NCBI GenBank assembly: GCA_013239625.1
Contig: MU057201.1
Location: 124,001 to 188,000, forward strand
DNA from: Lama guanicoe
Taxonomy: Eukaryota
Length of the DNA stretch: 64,000 nt
Reading direction: 5' to 3'
Both the position numbers and the translations under genes were made by a program. The notes beneath the pieces were generated by a model. The model was not told the DNA's origin, ran no database searches, and worked only from the letters and a program-made list of their open reading frames with translations. Positions 51,149 through 63,435 of this stretch are shown here, one piece after another; position 1 is the first letter of the stretch, and each line of letters opens with the position of its first letter.

Positions 51149-53236
51149 TTTTTTTATTTTTTAGAGCAAACAATTCCAAAACTTATATGAAACCATAAAA
51201 GACCCTGAATTGCCAAAGGAATCTTTTGTAGGTCTGTTTTTCTCTCTTTCTTCTTTCTTTCTATTCTCTTTTCTTATGGTTGATAACTAGAGAAGTTCCT
51301 TTAACATTTATTGTAAAGCTGGTTTGGTGGTGCTGAAATCTTTTAGCTTTTGTTTATCTGTGAAGCTTTTGATTTCTCCATCAAATCTGAATGAGAGCCT
51401 TGCTGGATAGAGTATTCTTGGTTGTAAGTTTTACCCTTTCATCACTTTAAATATATCGTGCCACTCCCTTCTGGCCTGTAGACTTTCTGCTGAAAAATCA
51501 GCTGAAAACCTTATGGGAGTTTCCTTGTATGTTATTTGTTGTCTTTCTCTTGCTGATTTTAATATTTTCTCCTTATCCTTAATTGTTGTCAATTTGATGA
51601 CTATGTGCCTTGCTGTGCTCCTCTTTGGGTTGATCCTGAGTGGAACTCTCTGTGGTTCCTGGACTTGGGTGACTGTTTCCTTTCCCAAGTTGGGAAAGTT
51701 TTCAGTGATTATCTCTTCAAAAATTTTCTCAGGTCCTTTTTCTCTCTCTTCTCTTTCTGGGACCCCTATGATGCAAATATTAGTAAGTTTCATGTTGTCC
51801 CAGAGTTCTCTTAAACTATCCTCATTTCTTTTCATTCTTTTTTCTTTTTTCTGTTCTGAAGTAGTGATTTCCTCTAATCTGTCTTCTAGCTCACTGATCA
51901 GTTCTTCTGCCTCATTTAGTCTGTTCTTGGTTCCTTCTACTGTGTTATTCATTTCAGTGATTGTATTCTTCAACTCTGTTTGGGCATTCTTTATATTTCC
52001 CAACTCTTTGCTAAAAACTTTACTCTGAGCATCTATACTCCTCTTGAGTTCTCTGAACATCTTTGCCATCATTACTTTAAACTCTTTCTCAGATAAATTG
52101 CCTATCTCCTCATCACTTATTTTTTCTTCTGGGATTTTATCTTGTGACTTGGCCTGGAATTCTGCCGCCTCATATCGTCTATCTTTCTATTTGTATTTTT
52201 AGGTAGGTTCATTACATTTCTCGACCTTGGAGAGGTGAGGGACGTCTTATGCGTCCCAGCAGTACACTCCTCTCTCATCACCCAAGGGTCAGGGTCCAAC
52301 TGGTCCCAATGTAGAGTCTGGCCTGTATTTGTGGATTCCTTCCACAGGCTTTGGGATTATTGTTTTCTTATTTCTAGTATCTGCCCCCTGGTGGATGAGG
52401 CTGGACTAGAGGCTTGTGCAGGTTTCCTGGCAGGAGGAGCCAGTGCCTGCCCACTGCTGGGTGGAGCTTGGTCATGGACCTCTGGTGGGTAGGGCCACGT
52501 CTAGAGGCCTCTGTGGCTCAGGAAGTCTGCTGATGGATGTGGCTATGTTCCCACCCTGTATGTTGTTTGGCCTGAGGATTCCCTACAGGCTGCTGGGTGG
52601 GGCTAGGTCTTGGTGCTAATGATCCAATCAAGATGTCAGCCTCCAGGAAAGCTCATGTACATGAACATTCCCAGAATGTCCGCCACCAGCCTTTATGTCC
52701 CCTGGGTGAGCCACAGCCGTACCCTACCTCCGCAGGAGACCTTCCAAAACCAGCAGGCAGGCCTGGCCCAGGTTCCTATGAGATCACTGCGTCTGCTGTT
52801 CGACCTGGCACACTTGAGATTCTGTGTACGCTTCCCAAGAGAATGAAGTCTGTTTCCCCCAGTCCTGTGGGGCTTCTGGAGTTAAGTCCCATTGGCCTTC
52901 AAAACCAGATGTCCTGGGGTCTCCTCCTCCCCCCAATGCCAGAACCCTGGGCTGGGGAGCCTGACGTGGGGCTTAGAGCTCTCACCCCTGTGGGAGGGCC
53001 TCTGTGACTTAACTATTCTTCAGCTTGTGTGTTGCCCACTCGGGGATCTGGGGCCTGATTATATCGCGAGCACGCCCCTCCTACCATCCTACTGTGGTTC
53101 CCTCTTTATGTTTCCAGTTGAAGAAGATCCTTTTTGCTGGGTTTCAATCTGTTTTTTTTTCCTGTGGTTGTTTAGCAGTCAGTTGTGATTTTGCTGTAGT
53201 CACGAGGAGAGGCGAGCTCGTGGGCCCTACTACTCC
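51149..53236 (-). mobile_element. L1-derived insertion: 5' UTR + ORF1 + short inverted ORF2 fragment + poly(A), flanked by an 18-bp TSD
   Basis: ORF1p motifs (LRELWDNMKLTNICIIGVPE, RINPKRSTARHIVIKL, ITYKETPIRFSADFS). TSD caagactca(a/c)gtaattct at 51131-51148 and 53237-53254. T tract at 51149-51162. Confidence 0.9.
51287..52173 (-). pseudogene. Disrupted L1 ORF1 (RNA-binding protein)
   Basis: Likely ATG at 52171-52173, an early frameshift, an open segment at 51431-52072, premature TAA codons, and the native-position TAG at 51287-51289 after KPALQ*MLKELL. Confidence 0.85.
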
Positions 53237-53265
53237 CAAGACTCACGTAATTCTCATAATGGGCT

Positions 53266-53630
53266 GTATTGGCTGAATTGTGTCCACCCTCCCCCAGTTC
53301 ATATGCTGAAGCCCTAATCAATGTGATTGTATTTGGAAGTGGGGCCTTTGGGAGGTAATTAGGGTTAGATTAGGTCATGAGGGTGGAACCTCCATGATGG
53401 GCTTAATGCCCTTATAAAAATAAGAGATTGGAGATCCCCCACTCCTTCAACCTGGACCAAGAAAAGGCCATGTAAGGACATAACGAGGGGCAGAGCCCTC
53501 ACCAAGAACCTGGTCTTGCCAGCACCCTGATCTTGGACTCCCAGCCTCCAGAACCATGAGAGATAAAGGTTTGTTGCTTCAGTCACCCAGCCTTTGGTAT
53601 TTGTTATAGCATCCTGAACTGACTGAGACA
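53266..53630 (+). mobile_element. MLT1A-type LTR
   Basis: ggctgaattgtgtcc...gactcccagcctccagaaccatgaga...gttatagcatcctgaactgactgagaca. Confidence 0.85.
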
Positions 53631-55089
53631 TATGTCAAAGTCAGAAAGGTCATCAACAGTGAGTCTCCAGAAGCCAGATGTCAAGGTAAGGCGGTGTGTC
53701 AGCGCCAGTTAATCCCTAGGAGAGTAGAAGCAGACATAGTTCTGGTCAATTTTGTTTCCCAGTAGTTTAAACTCAACTTTTAAAAAATATTGGCAAGAAT
53801 TCCTGGCTGCTAGGTAGAGTACTAAAGGAGTCTCAAGAGGTCTGCCGAATCCCCATCTTTTGGAGGCTGGTACCAAAGGGGGACACTTGTCCTTTTCTAT
53901 CACCCATGTCTGGCTTCCCATCAGTAGCAGAGTCCTGGACTGTACCAACTTGAGTGTTGACCCCATTTGTGTTCCTTCTGTTTTTACAGTTTTTGAAATG
54001 AGGCCATGTTCTCAGGTGACCCAACTAGAAAACTAGAAAGTAGCATCATTTAATAAAACCACCTTGTTAATTAAAAATGCAAGGAGCTGGAGAAAACCGA
54101 TCTCTAGCACTAAGAGGATTTGGATCGGCCAAGATTTTCATCAAAGAAAAAGAGATTATAAATAGCGACTATACCATTTTTGCAAATTCATATCAACCTA
54201 ACAAGGTTTCACTGCACTTCCTAACACCGACCTTTCAGCACAGAAACCCCGCAGGCCTAATGAATCCTGATGAGGCAATCTTAGCAGTGCTTCGGCAGCA
54301 CCTGGGAAACTGGATGGGATGAAAGGTGTTGCTCCTGGTTGAAAATCCTTAGAAATGAATGTCCAGTGTTTGCTGCTATTCATTACATGAAAGCTCTTAA
54401 GAAAGGAATTTTAGTACTGACATTAAGGGAGTTCCTGTAAGGACTTTAAGTCACAACCCATGCAGCAAATACTTAGCAAGAAGCTTAGGGTGGAGATTTC
54501 TTGGCCTGCTAGGACTCTTGGAGGTGATTGTTTTCCATCACTGTAGAAGAGGTTTTGCTCTGTACATAAACTGAGTGGCACAAGATTTTTCTTTAACTGA
54601 CCGGCTCGTACTGAGTTATGCCCTCATCCTGAGGTGAAAGCATCTGTGTCAGATCTCAGGCCCAGTTGACGGCAGCAGGGCCCCAGCCACGGAGGGTCTG
54701 AGGAGTGGAGCTGGCATCTTCCCCTGAGGAGCAGGGCCAGGCACTGAGGGATGGCGACAGCGGTGGAGCCCTAGACAAGGAGGCCACTTGGTGTTTGGGT
54801 GTGTGGTCAGAGTAGGTTGAAGGGTTCCACCTTGAAGTGACAAGAAGCCTGTTGACAGAATCTTAGAGCAAGAAGTAAACCAGAGCCTCAGAAGAGTTAT
54901 TCTGAAGAACCAAGGCCCTGGCAGCTAAGGCGTGCGTGGGGGTGCAGTGAAGGGAAGGTTACCAAGTGGGAAGAAGGGACCTAACACTTTCATGGGACAC
55001 CCTTGAGTCTCCACTGGACTCACACTACTGCTACGTGGTGAGGTCTCTCCCCCAACCCCAACACACACGTGGAAGGTAGCCAGACATAG

Positions 55090-55275
55090 AGGAAGGAACG
55101 TAGATTTTAGAGTCAAGCAGACTTGGGTTCAAATCATTTATTTATCTGCTGTGTGACCTCAGGCACATTACTTGCCCTCTCTGATCTTTAATTCCCTCAT
55201 GTATAAAATAAGAATAACAAGAGTAGTTAACGTATAGGGTGTTTTTTGAATTAATGGGGACAGTGAAAGTGTAAC
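55090..55275 (+). mobile_element. MIR SINE
   Basis: agagtcaagcagacttgggttcaaatc...gctgtgtgacctcaggcacattactt. Confidence 0.7.
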
Positions 55276-55959
55276 AAGTTCAGTGAGGTGTCTCCGCTCA
55301 TCAGGGGTATAGACCTAAAGTGGTTTCATTTTATTGCTTTCATATTTCCCAGTAAATATCCCTCAACTGCACTGTGCTCCTGATGGAGGCATAATACCAC
55401 ATTCTGCTGAGGTGTGACTCTTTTCCCCCATCCCATGGTAGTTTTTGGCAAGACCATGGGCCCCAATCTTCTCTATCATCCAGGATAATTCCCGGGCTTG
55501 CAGACAGATGCCACATATGTCTTACCTACCTCAGGAAATTGAGGCGCCTATCTTTGGCCCCCTCTGCACCTGGCAGTCCCCAGGTCTGCATCTCTTCCGA
55601 AGTCCCTTCCTCTATGTCCCAGCAGTGTCAGGCATGGTGCCAGGATGGTAGCTTCGTAACTTTCGGGGGCAGGATACACACCAGTCTCCATTTTGGTAAG
55701 ATGGTGGGTTACTTCCGGTGAGCCGTCTTTTTATGAGTGGTTCTCTTAGAGCTTCCCCTCTCTTAGCTTGGGGAAAGGAAACATTGCACAGCCCCAGATT
55801 AGACCACTTCTAGCAACTGGGCACTGGGGCATAAAGCTGGTTTTCCTGCAGCAAGGTCTGTGGGCTGGTGGCTGGTCCTCTAACTTAGAATGTGGGGTAC
55901 TGAGTGTCTTTTGCTTTAAGTTTTGGGCCCTTAGCTGTGATTCTCAGAGAACCAGTATA

Positions 55960-56170
55960 CTGTAGGGACAGAAATCAGATTAGTGGTTGCCTGGGGCTTG
56001 GGGTAGGGTTCCAGGGATTGACTGTGAAGGGATTTGCAGAAACTTTGGGGGGTGATGGAAATGTTCCACATCTTATTCTGGTGGTGATTGTGTGATAAAA
56101 CTCATTGAACTGTGCACCTCAAAAGAGTAAATTTTACTGAATTGAAATTATTCCTTAATAAAAGGGAAAA
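55960..56170 (+). mobile_element. L1MB-type 3' end
   Basis: cagattagtggttgcctgggg...ggtgatggaaatgttc...aaactcattgaactgtgcac. Confidence 0.75.
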
Positions 56171-56837
56171 AAAGCAGGAAAGAGGAAAAAAGTCTCTTTG
56201 AGCAACTGAGAGGGTCATATCACAAGGTGAAGGGCGTAGGGCCTGGCATCAGAGTTCCATACGCAGTAGCCACTGGGCCCGGCCCGGGCCAGAGCTCTGC
56301 GGGTCCCCGCCAGCAGTGCTGTAGTCTGTAGTCACAAAGCTATGAATCTGATCACCCCATCGTGACCTCTCCTGGGCTGTCCTGTCACCTGAGGCTTCTA
56401 CTGTGGCTCCAGTAAGGCCCACACTAGTGAGGTTCCTGTTTGGGTGGGCCCCCGGAGAAAGGAGGGCCTGCTTCAGCACCCCTGCTCTGCGTGCCCGAAG
56501 GGGCACATTCCTGGTGGAGCCGGAGCATCCCTGCAGAGAAGGCCGAGCCCAGCGCCTCCCAGGAGGCTGGCCAGGTTGGTACCTTGGGCTCTGCTCTCAG
56601 CGTGGCTTCTCCTGATATCCCTGCAGAGAGGGGCCTCGCCCTGAGCCACACTCACTTATTCTCCTCCCCAGGAGCCCTGCGTTCAGCACAGAGGATAGAG
56701 TGAGATAAAGTGAGAGAAAGAGGCTTGTGTTTTGCTGACTCCTGACTCAGGAGCTGCAAAGGCCTTACTTATGGAATATGCCTCCCTGTTTTCATCAGCA
56801 ACTTTAAAATATTTTATTTAAATATTTCAAGCTCTTG

Positions 56838-56925
56838 AGGGGAGGGTATAGCCCAGTGGTAGAGTGCGTGCTTAGCATGCATGAGGTCCTGGGTTCAATC
56901 CCCAGTAGCTCCATTATAAAAATAA
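56838..56925 (+). mobile_element. tRNA-derived SINE (short, Vic-1-like)
   Basis: A and B boxes; TSD ttcaa(g/a)ctcttgag. Confidence 0.85.
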
Positions 56926-57299
56926 TACTTCAAACTCTTGAGGTTTGACACTTTGGAAAAGGAGGCCTCGCCCAAAGCTTTCAAAAAGCCATTATGGAGT
57001 AAGTGAGTGACCATTTGGGAAGGGCAGGGGGTCTGTAAACTCAGATGCCACCTGGGGTCACTCCGTCATTTGAGATGCCCATATAAGTGGCTAAAAACTC
57101 TGTCTTGCATCCATGGGCGCACCAGCATGTGTCTGGGCATTCTGAGGAGAACCTGCTTTTTTCTGAATTCCACACCTCTGGCAGCATGTTCTTGCTTGGG
57201 CTGAGTTAGCTCAGTAAACAGAGGTTCTCACCATCTCACCCTCACTGACACTGTCCCCCACACCGGAGACAGGCAGTGTGGAAATGAAGAGCCCAGCCT

Positions 57300-57650
57300 T
57301 GGGTGCAATTTGCATCACCTGGGGAGCTTTTAAAACTCCCAATGCCAAGGCTGCAACCCCTGCTGATTACATCAGAACCTCTTGAGGGAGGGTGATGTGG
57401 AACCCAAGCGTCAGTATTTTTAAAGCCTGTGTTGTGCAGCCAAAGTTGAGAAACAGTACTTTCGAAGCTCAGATAGACCTGGGTTTAGTCCTGGTCCTGC
57501 CACTTATGGGCTCATGGACCTTGAATTAATTACCTAACCTTCTGAATCTCAATTTCTTCATCTCTAAAAGGATTTGTACGAAGAGTGCACGACTCAATCC
57601 TGATAAAGCCAGGTGCCTGGCAGAGACTAAGTGCCTAATAAATGGAAGCC
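57300..57650. mobile_element. MER5-like fragment followed by MIR
   Basis: atcacctggggagcttttaaaa...gcagccaaagttgagaaac, then agacctgggtttagtcctggtcctgccactt. Confidence 0.6.
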
Positions 57651-58784
57651 GTTAATGTATTTTTTATAAGACAGTCCATTGCTGTTATTGATGGTGGGTA
57701 AAAAGCAGTTTAACACCCTTAAAACTGCTAGCTTGGGAAACCAGTGCTGTGAATGTAGGAATAAGAGAAGATAAACTGTAGCCACAAATGTTTATTGTGA
57801 TTCTAACTCATGCTAAGCTTCAAGGGGATGAAGTGATGGTGTGATCTTTGCTTTCCAAGGATTCACAAATCTAGTTGTGGGGAGAATAGGTCTGTAGACA
57901 AAGAAAGAGGAAGTTAACCTTAACTTATGTTAGACAATGAATAAACTCAAACTCTGCTAGAATGGTCAGGAGAGTTTTCAGTGAGAAAGATATGATTTTG
58001 AAATATGGGCAAGATTTGGACTAGCAGAGGAGATTGGGGAGGGCATCTCAGGCAGAGGAAATGGCTAAGGAGAGACTCAGTGGCTGGAATAAAGATGGGT
58101 GGACTGGTTGGAGTGAAACAGAGTGTTTGTTATGTAAAGCACTGGGGGATACGAGTGGAGATGAAGGTTTGAGAAGAACTTGAATCCCAGGTGAAGGGCT
58201 GTGGACTTGATCCTGTAGGTTTGAAGGAGTATGTGTGAGTGGCGTGATGGAATCATTTGAGCACTGAATGAAAAGCTAGGCATATGGTGGGGGGCGGAGC
58301 ATCAAGGATGGTAATTAATCACATCCCTTCCTTATGGGGTCTAAACCAATAGAGAAATATACATGTGAATCAGAATCAAAGTATGAGCTTTGTTAATAAT
58401 AAAGCCGTGTTGGAGAAAATAGCATGGCCTCAAGGCCAAAATGGACTTCCTACTCCTTCCTCTAAAATTAGATGAAATTAGCCATCTCTTCACAAGCAGG
58501 AGAAGCCCTGACCTGCTTGCAGAAGCAGGAAACAGAGAGAGTATTTGCCACTTGTACAGACAACCAGAGCTAGGTCAGGTCATTTATTTACAGTACCTTG
58601 AACATATTAACCCCTGCTCAGAATTGGAACCAATGGAAATCAGGCCATCATAAAATGGCAAGTTTATAATTTCAGAAAGTTTATTGACTCCCTCCCTAGG
58701 ACTTCATGGACTCCAGAATAAAGATCCGTGATGTAGGCAATGATAAGTCACAGGGGTTTTTTGGGTAAGGAAATGAAGCAGCAG

Positions 58785-59395
58785 ATTTATTCATCATAGC
58801 TCCAAATTGGAAGCAACCTAAATGCCCTTCAACTTTTAAATGGTTAAACAAACTATGGTACATCCATATCATGAAATACTACTCGGTAGTAAGAAGGAAT
58901 GAAAACTGATACACAACAACCTGAATGAATCTCCAGACAATGATGCTGAGTGAAAAAAGCCAAAATCAAAAGGTAACATACTGTGTGATTCCATTTATAT
59001 AATATTTCCAAAATGTCAAAATTATAGAGATGGAGAACAGAATTGTGGTTGCCAGGGCTTAGGGATGTTGGAGGAGGGAGGGAAATGGCTGTGGTTGTGA
59101 AAAGGTAGCACAAGGGTCTCTGTGATGAAACTGTTGTATAGCTTGACTGTGGTGGTGGTCACAGGTGACAAAATTGGACATAACTTAACACACATACACA
59201 CACAAATGAGTGTGTGTAAAACTGGTGAAATCTGAATAAGGTTGGTGGATTGTATCAATGTTAATTTCCTGCTTGTGACAATATTCTCTAGTTATGCAAG
59301 ATGTGACCATTGGAGAAACTTGGGCGAAGGGTATATGGGATCCTTTGTTTTATTCTTAAAACAACATGTGAATCTTCAATTAACTCAAAGTGAAA
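58785..59395 (+). mobile_element. L1MC-type 3' end
   Basis: aaattggaagcaacctaaatgcccttcaac...tgattccatttatata...ttatgcaagatgtgaccattggagaaact. Confidence 0.85.
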
Positions 59396-59403
59396 AGTGT
59401 TTC

Positions 59404-59538
59404 TTTTAATTTGGGGGGGAGGTCATTAGATTTATTTATTTATTACTATTATTTTTTATTTAATGGAGATATTGGGGTTGAACCCATGACCTCATGCATG
59501 CTAAGCATGTGCTCTACCACTGAGCTATACCCTCCCTC
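59404..59538 (-). mobile_element. tRNA-derived SINE (Vic-1-like)
   Basis: ggggttgaacccatgacctcatgcatgctaagcatgtgctctaccactgagctataccc. Confidence 0.85.
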
Positions 59539-60225
59539 AAAAAGATTTTTTTTAAAGCAAATTTCACAGGGCACTAAGTGTCATATGGTTCTCTTTGTGT
59601 ATGTGCTTATATGGGCACAAAGAAATTTCTAGAAGGCCACAAAAGATACAGTTAATAGTTGTAGTTTTGTGGGCCTGCAGTAAGAAGGAGACCTACTTTT
59701 CATTGTACATTCTTTTATACTCTAAATTATTTTAACAATATGCATATTTTCTTTTTAAGTTTAAAGGAAAATTAGTTGAAGAAAATAAATTGTTGTAGTC
59801 ACTGGAATCATATACACCATTTACCATCAGAGTACTGGCATCTGATTCCTCTTCCTTTGCTGCACTCTGAGGAGTAACTCTGATCTTTGCGTTGTTGGAT
59901 GGGACTCTGATGGCCTGCTGAGGATAACACAAGCTGGGAGCCATCTCGGAGGGACATTTTTACTGTAACCACTGTCCTTTACGGTTGAAAGGAATGATTC
60001 TACTCTTGTTTAAGTGGACAAAAAATTAGGTGGCTCTCTAGGGGATGATATGAAAAAAGATCAAAAGATATTTATAATTGAAGAAAAAGAAAGTCACAGA
60101 ATATTGCATTTATAAACATCTGCATGTGTGCATGAATTGTAAGGGCTGCACAGGAATGGACACTTGCATATACAGAAAATGTTTCTGGGAAAAACTATTA
60201 TCAATGGCCACCATTAAGGAATGGT

Positions 60226-60672
60226 GTGGTAGGCAAAATTGGGTGCCTCAAAGATGCCCATGTCCTTCTTTATCCCCAGAATCTGTGGGTATGCCTTGGC
60301 ACATGGCAAAGGGGAATTAAGGTTGTAGATGGAATTAAGGTTGCTAATCAGCTGACTTTAAGATGGGGAGATTATCCTGGATTATTCAGGTATGCCCAGT
60401 GTAATCACAGTCCTTACAAGTGAAAGAGTGACGCAGGAGAGAGGTTTGAAGATGCTGTACTGTTAGCTTTGAAGATGGAGGAAGCGGCATGAACTGAGGA
60501 ATGCAAGTGGCCTGGAGCCTCCAGAAGGAATGCAGCCCTGGCTCTCCTTGATTTTAGCCCAGTGAGATCCATTTTGGCCTTCTGACCTACAAAACTACAA
60601 GATAATAAATCTATGTTGTTTGAAGCCACTAAGTTCGAGGTACTTTGTAATAGCAACAATAAGAAATGAATA
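60226..60672 (+). mobile_element. MLT1D-type LTR
   Basis: tgtggtaggcaaaa...ggagattatcctggattatt...tgtaatagcaacaataagaaatgaata. Confidence 0.85.
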
Positions 60673-60999
60673 TAAATGGATGTGAAGGTAAGAGGATAAG
60701 CTGGAATATTTTTACCTTTCAATTTCCACTTTTCTTTAAGAGAAAAGAAACAGATTCTTTGACTTTAAGAGCTAAGTGGTGACCCTAGATAAATGGTTTC
60801 ATCGAAAGTCTAGAGCCCAGAGGGAGAGAAAGGTTCTGAATGCATGGGGCTCGAGGCCCACTCAGCCCTGCCAGAGCTGAAGCGTTCTCACTTATCTGAT
60901 ATTTATATTGGGCTTCGGTGGCTGTATTGGTCAGGATTTCCCGAGGAAGCAGAGAGTAGGGGAGGGGGGGGGAGAGAGAGAATGAATTTGAAAAACCTA

Positions 61000-62290
61000 C
61001 AGTTCTCCTATGTCTTTCTTTACTGTCACACAGAACACTCTGATCACTCTAATACCAGATATGTGTGGGTTCCTCTCTTGCCACGCGGTAGTCTGTGACA
61101 CTGGCTGGGTGGCCTACACTTTAATTCAATTCTGACACTATCTACCTAGAGAGAGCGTCAGATCCCACAGGTTAAGGGCTCACTCCTACAAGACTGCCCC
61201 CACCCAAGCCCACTTTGGCAATAAATCTGAGTCTGCCATGACCTCCTCCTCCAGTTTGATTAATTTACTAGAGCGGCTCACTGAACTCAGAGAAACACTC
61301 ACTTCTGCTTACCAGTTTATAAAAGGTATGACAGAGGCTACAGATGAACAACCAGATGAAGAAATCCACAGGGCCAGGTCTGCGAGGGTCCTGAGCGCAG
61401 GAGCTTCTGTCCCTGGGGAGTTGGAATGTGTCACCTTCCCAGAAAAAGCAATCAGAACAGTGGGAGACTGGGGCGGGGGGATGTAGCTCGGCGGTAGAGC
61501 ACATGCTCAGCATGCATGAGGTCCTGGGTTCCATCTCCAGTACTTTCATCAAAAATAAATAAATAAATAAACAAACCTAATTACCTCCCCCTCCAAAAAA
61601 AGACAAAACAATAAACAAACAGAAAGAAAAGTGGGAAACTCAGATTTATAGATTTAGAGTCATTTGGTCAGAAGCACAAGTGACAACCCGGACTTGGGGC
61701 TGGCATCTGAAGTGGGGTGGGAACAGTCTTGTGGGACTGAGTCCTTCACCTGTAGGATCTGACACTACCTCCAGGTAAATAGTGTCAGAGTTGAGTTAAA
61801 TTGTAGGACACCCAGCTGGTGTCAGAAAATTGCTTGATGAGGAGGACCCCGCCCCAATCTGGTATCAGAGTGATTAGAGTATTGTAAGTGTTCTAGCATG
61901 AGAGTAAAGACCTCTCTCTCTCTCTCCCTCCCTCTCTCTCGCTCTCATTGTGATTTATAATACAAAATATCTATTTGGTCTTTGTCCCCAGGCTCTGACA
62001 CAGGGTTCCTAAAACCTTTATAAATCCCTAAGTGATAGGAGCACTCTGAGCATCTTTTTTTTTTTGTAATGGGGGACTCTGGGTGGGCTCCTGGATGGAG
62101 GGGGCTGGTCACCGGAAAGACCAAGCCATGATTACAAGCTTGGAATTTTCAGCCCTAACCTCCACTCTCCGGAGAGGGGAGAGGGGCTAGAAGTCAAGTT
62201 AATAATTGATGGTGCCTACGTGACGAAGCCTCCACAAAACCCCAGTAGTAGGGGGTTCAGGGAGCTTCAAGGTTGGTAAATGCATCAGAA
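61000..62290. mobile_element. MER21-like LTR pieces with an internal inverted repeat
   Basis: 61096-61196 is approximately the reverse complement of 61724-61824; ggtcaccggaaagaccaagccatgatt follows. Confidence 0.65.
61470..61625 (+). mobile_element. tRNA-derived SINE (Vic-1-like) inserted in the LTR
   Basis: A and B boxes, (AAAT)n tail, TSD-like agtggga(g/a)act. Confidence 0.85.
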
Positions 62291-63194
62291 AGTTCTTGGA
62301 TAAATAAAGATATGATTAGAAAGTACAAGGACTATGAAGTACACAGCCCAAGAGCTAACTTAGATTCTCAGAAAGACAAAGTCCAAAGTATATCTCATCT
62401 TTAACATCAAGCTTGTAAAAGAGAAAAATCTTTTCAAAATGGTTTCCACAATTGTTCAGAATATCCCTGCTTCTGCCCTCGGTGTTGATGGGATCTCGCA
62501 GGTAGTCTTTAGGTCAAGAACTTGTTTCCATATTTGATGGCACAAATGTCACTGTGAAAGACAGCATCCCTCAAATGTGGAAGATCTTTTTGAACGTTTT
62601 GCTCTTCATATTATAGGCAATACTTAGACTTAGTAACTGATAAAGATTAGCCATTTATAAGGACTAGAATTATCCAGATATTTAAGAGAATCCAGGACTG
62701 TTTCAATTCATACAATGAAAGCTGGACAGACTCTGAAGAGAGCATCTCAATTTTAGGAAAAGAAAGCTGCGTACATGGTCTTTCAAGGTCACCCAGAACC
62801 TTAGCGTGGAAACTGGCTCCCAAATTTCTAACCCATTGCAAAATGGAAACCAGTTTAAATAAATTAAAGCTCATAAACAAACTCTTCTCTGAGTTTCTAA
62901 AGATACATGATTTTTGAAACTTTAGGCATTGCTTTCACTAATAGCAAAAACAATAGCCACCTTACAAGATAACTTTTAAAAATAACCCATTCAAATAGTT
63001 GTATAGAAACATAAATAATTCAGTTCAGCTGCTCTCAGGGTGACAGAGAAGCCATTCTGGTCTTGACCAGGGTTTGAATTCCTGTTTTCAAATAAATAAA
63101 TGTGCCCATTCCAAATGACATCCTAGGGCTTTTATATACAAGTTTCCGTAGAGAGGATCATTCTGTGAGTGATGTCTGTAACCTCACCAAAGTG

Positions 63195-63435
63195 GGCTCA
63201 GCCTCTGGATCTGATGCTTGAGAGCTATTAAGACTTTGGACAAGTGACCTCTTTGAATTGTTAGACATTCAAGAAGTTGTAGCTATTATTATTATTATTA
63301 TTATTATTACTATTATTATAAATTCCCACTTCAATGGGGATAATTAAGTACCTACTTCATAGGATTGATACAGTAATTAAGTGAAATAACACACTTCGCA
63401 CTCTGGCATAGAGTAATTGCTCAGCAAATGGTAGT
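63195..63435 (+). mobile_element. MIR fragments with (TTA)n microsatellite at 63285-63318
   Basis: aatggggataattaagtacctacttcataggattg...ctctggcatagagtaattgctcagcaaatg. Confidence 0.6.

Noticed and set aside
62290-62900. Unique-looking stretch that might be a decayed pseudogene
   Set aside because: The frames translated by hand contain stops and no protein could be recognised; blastx would be needed.
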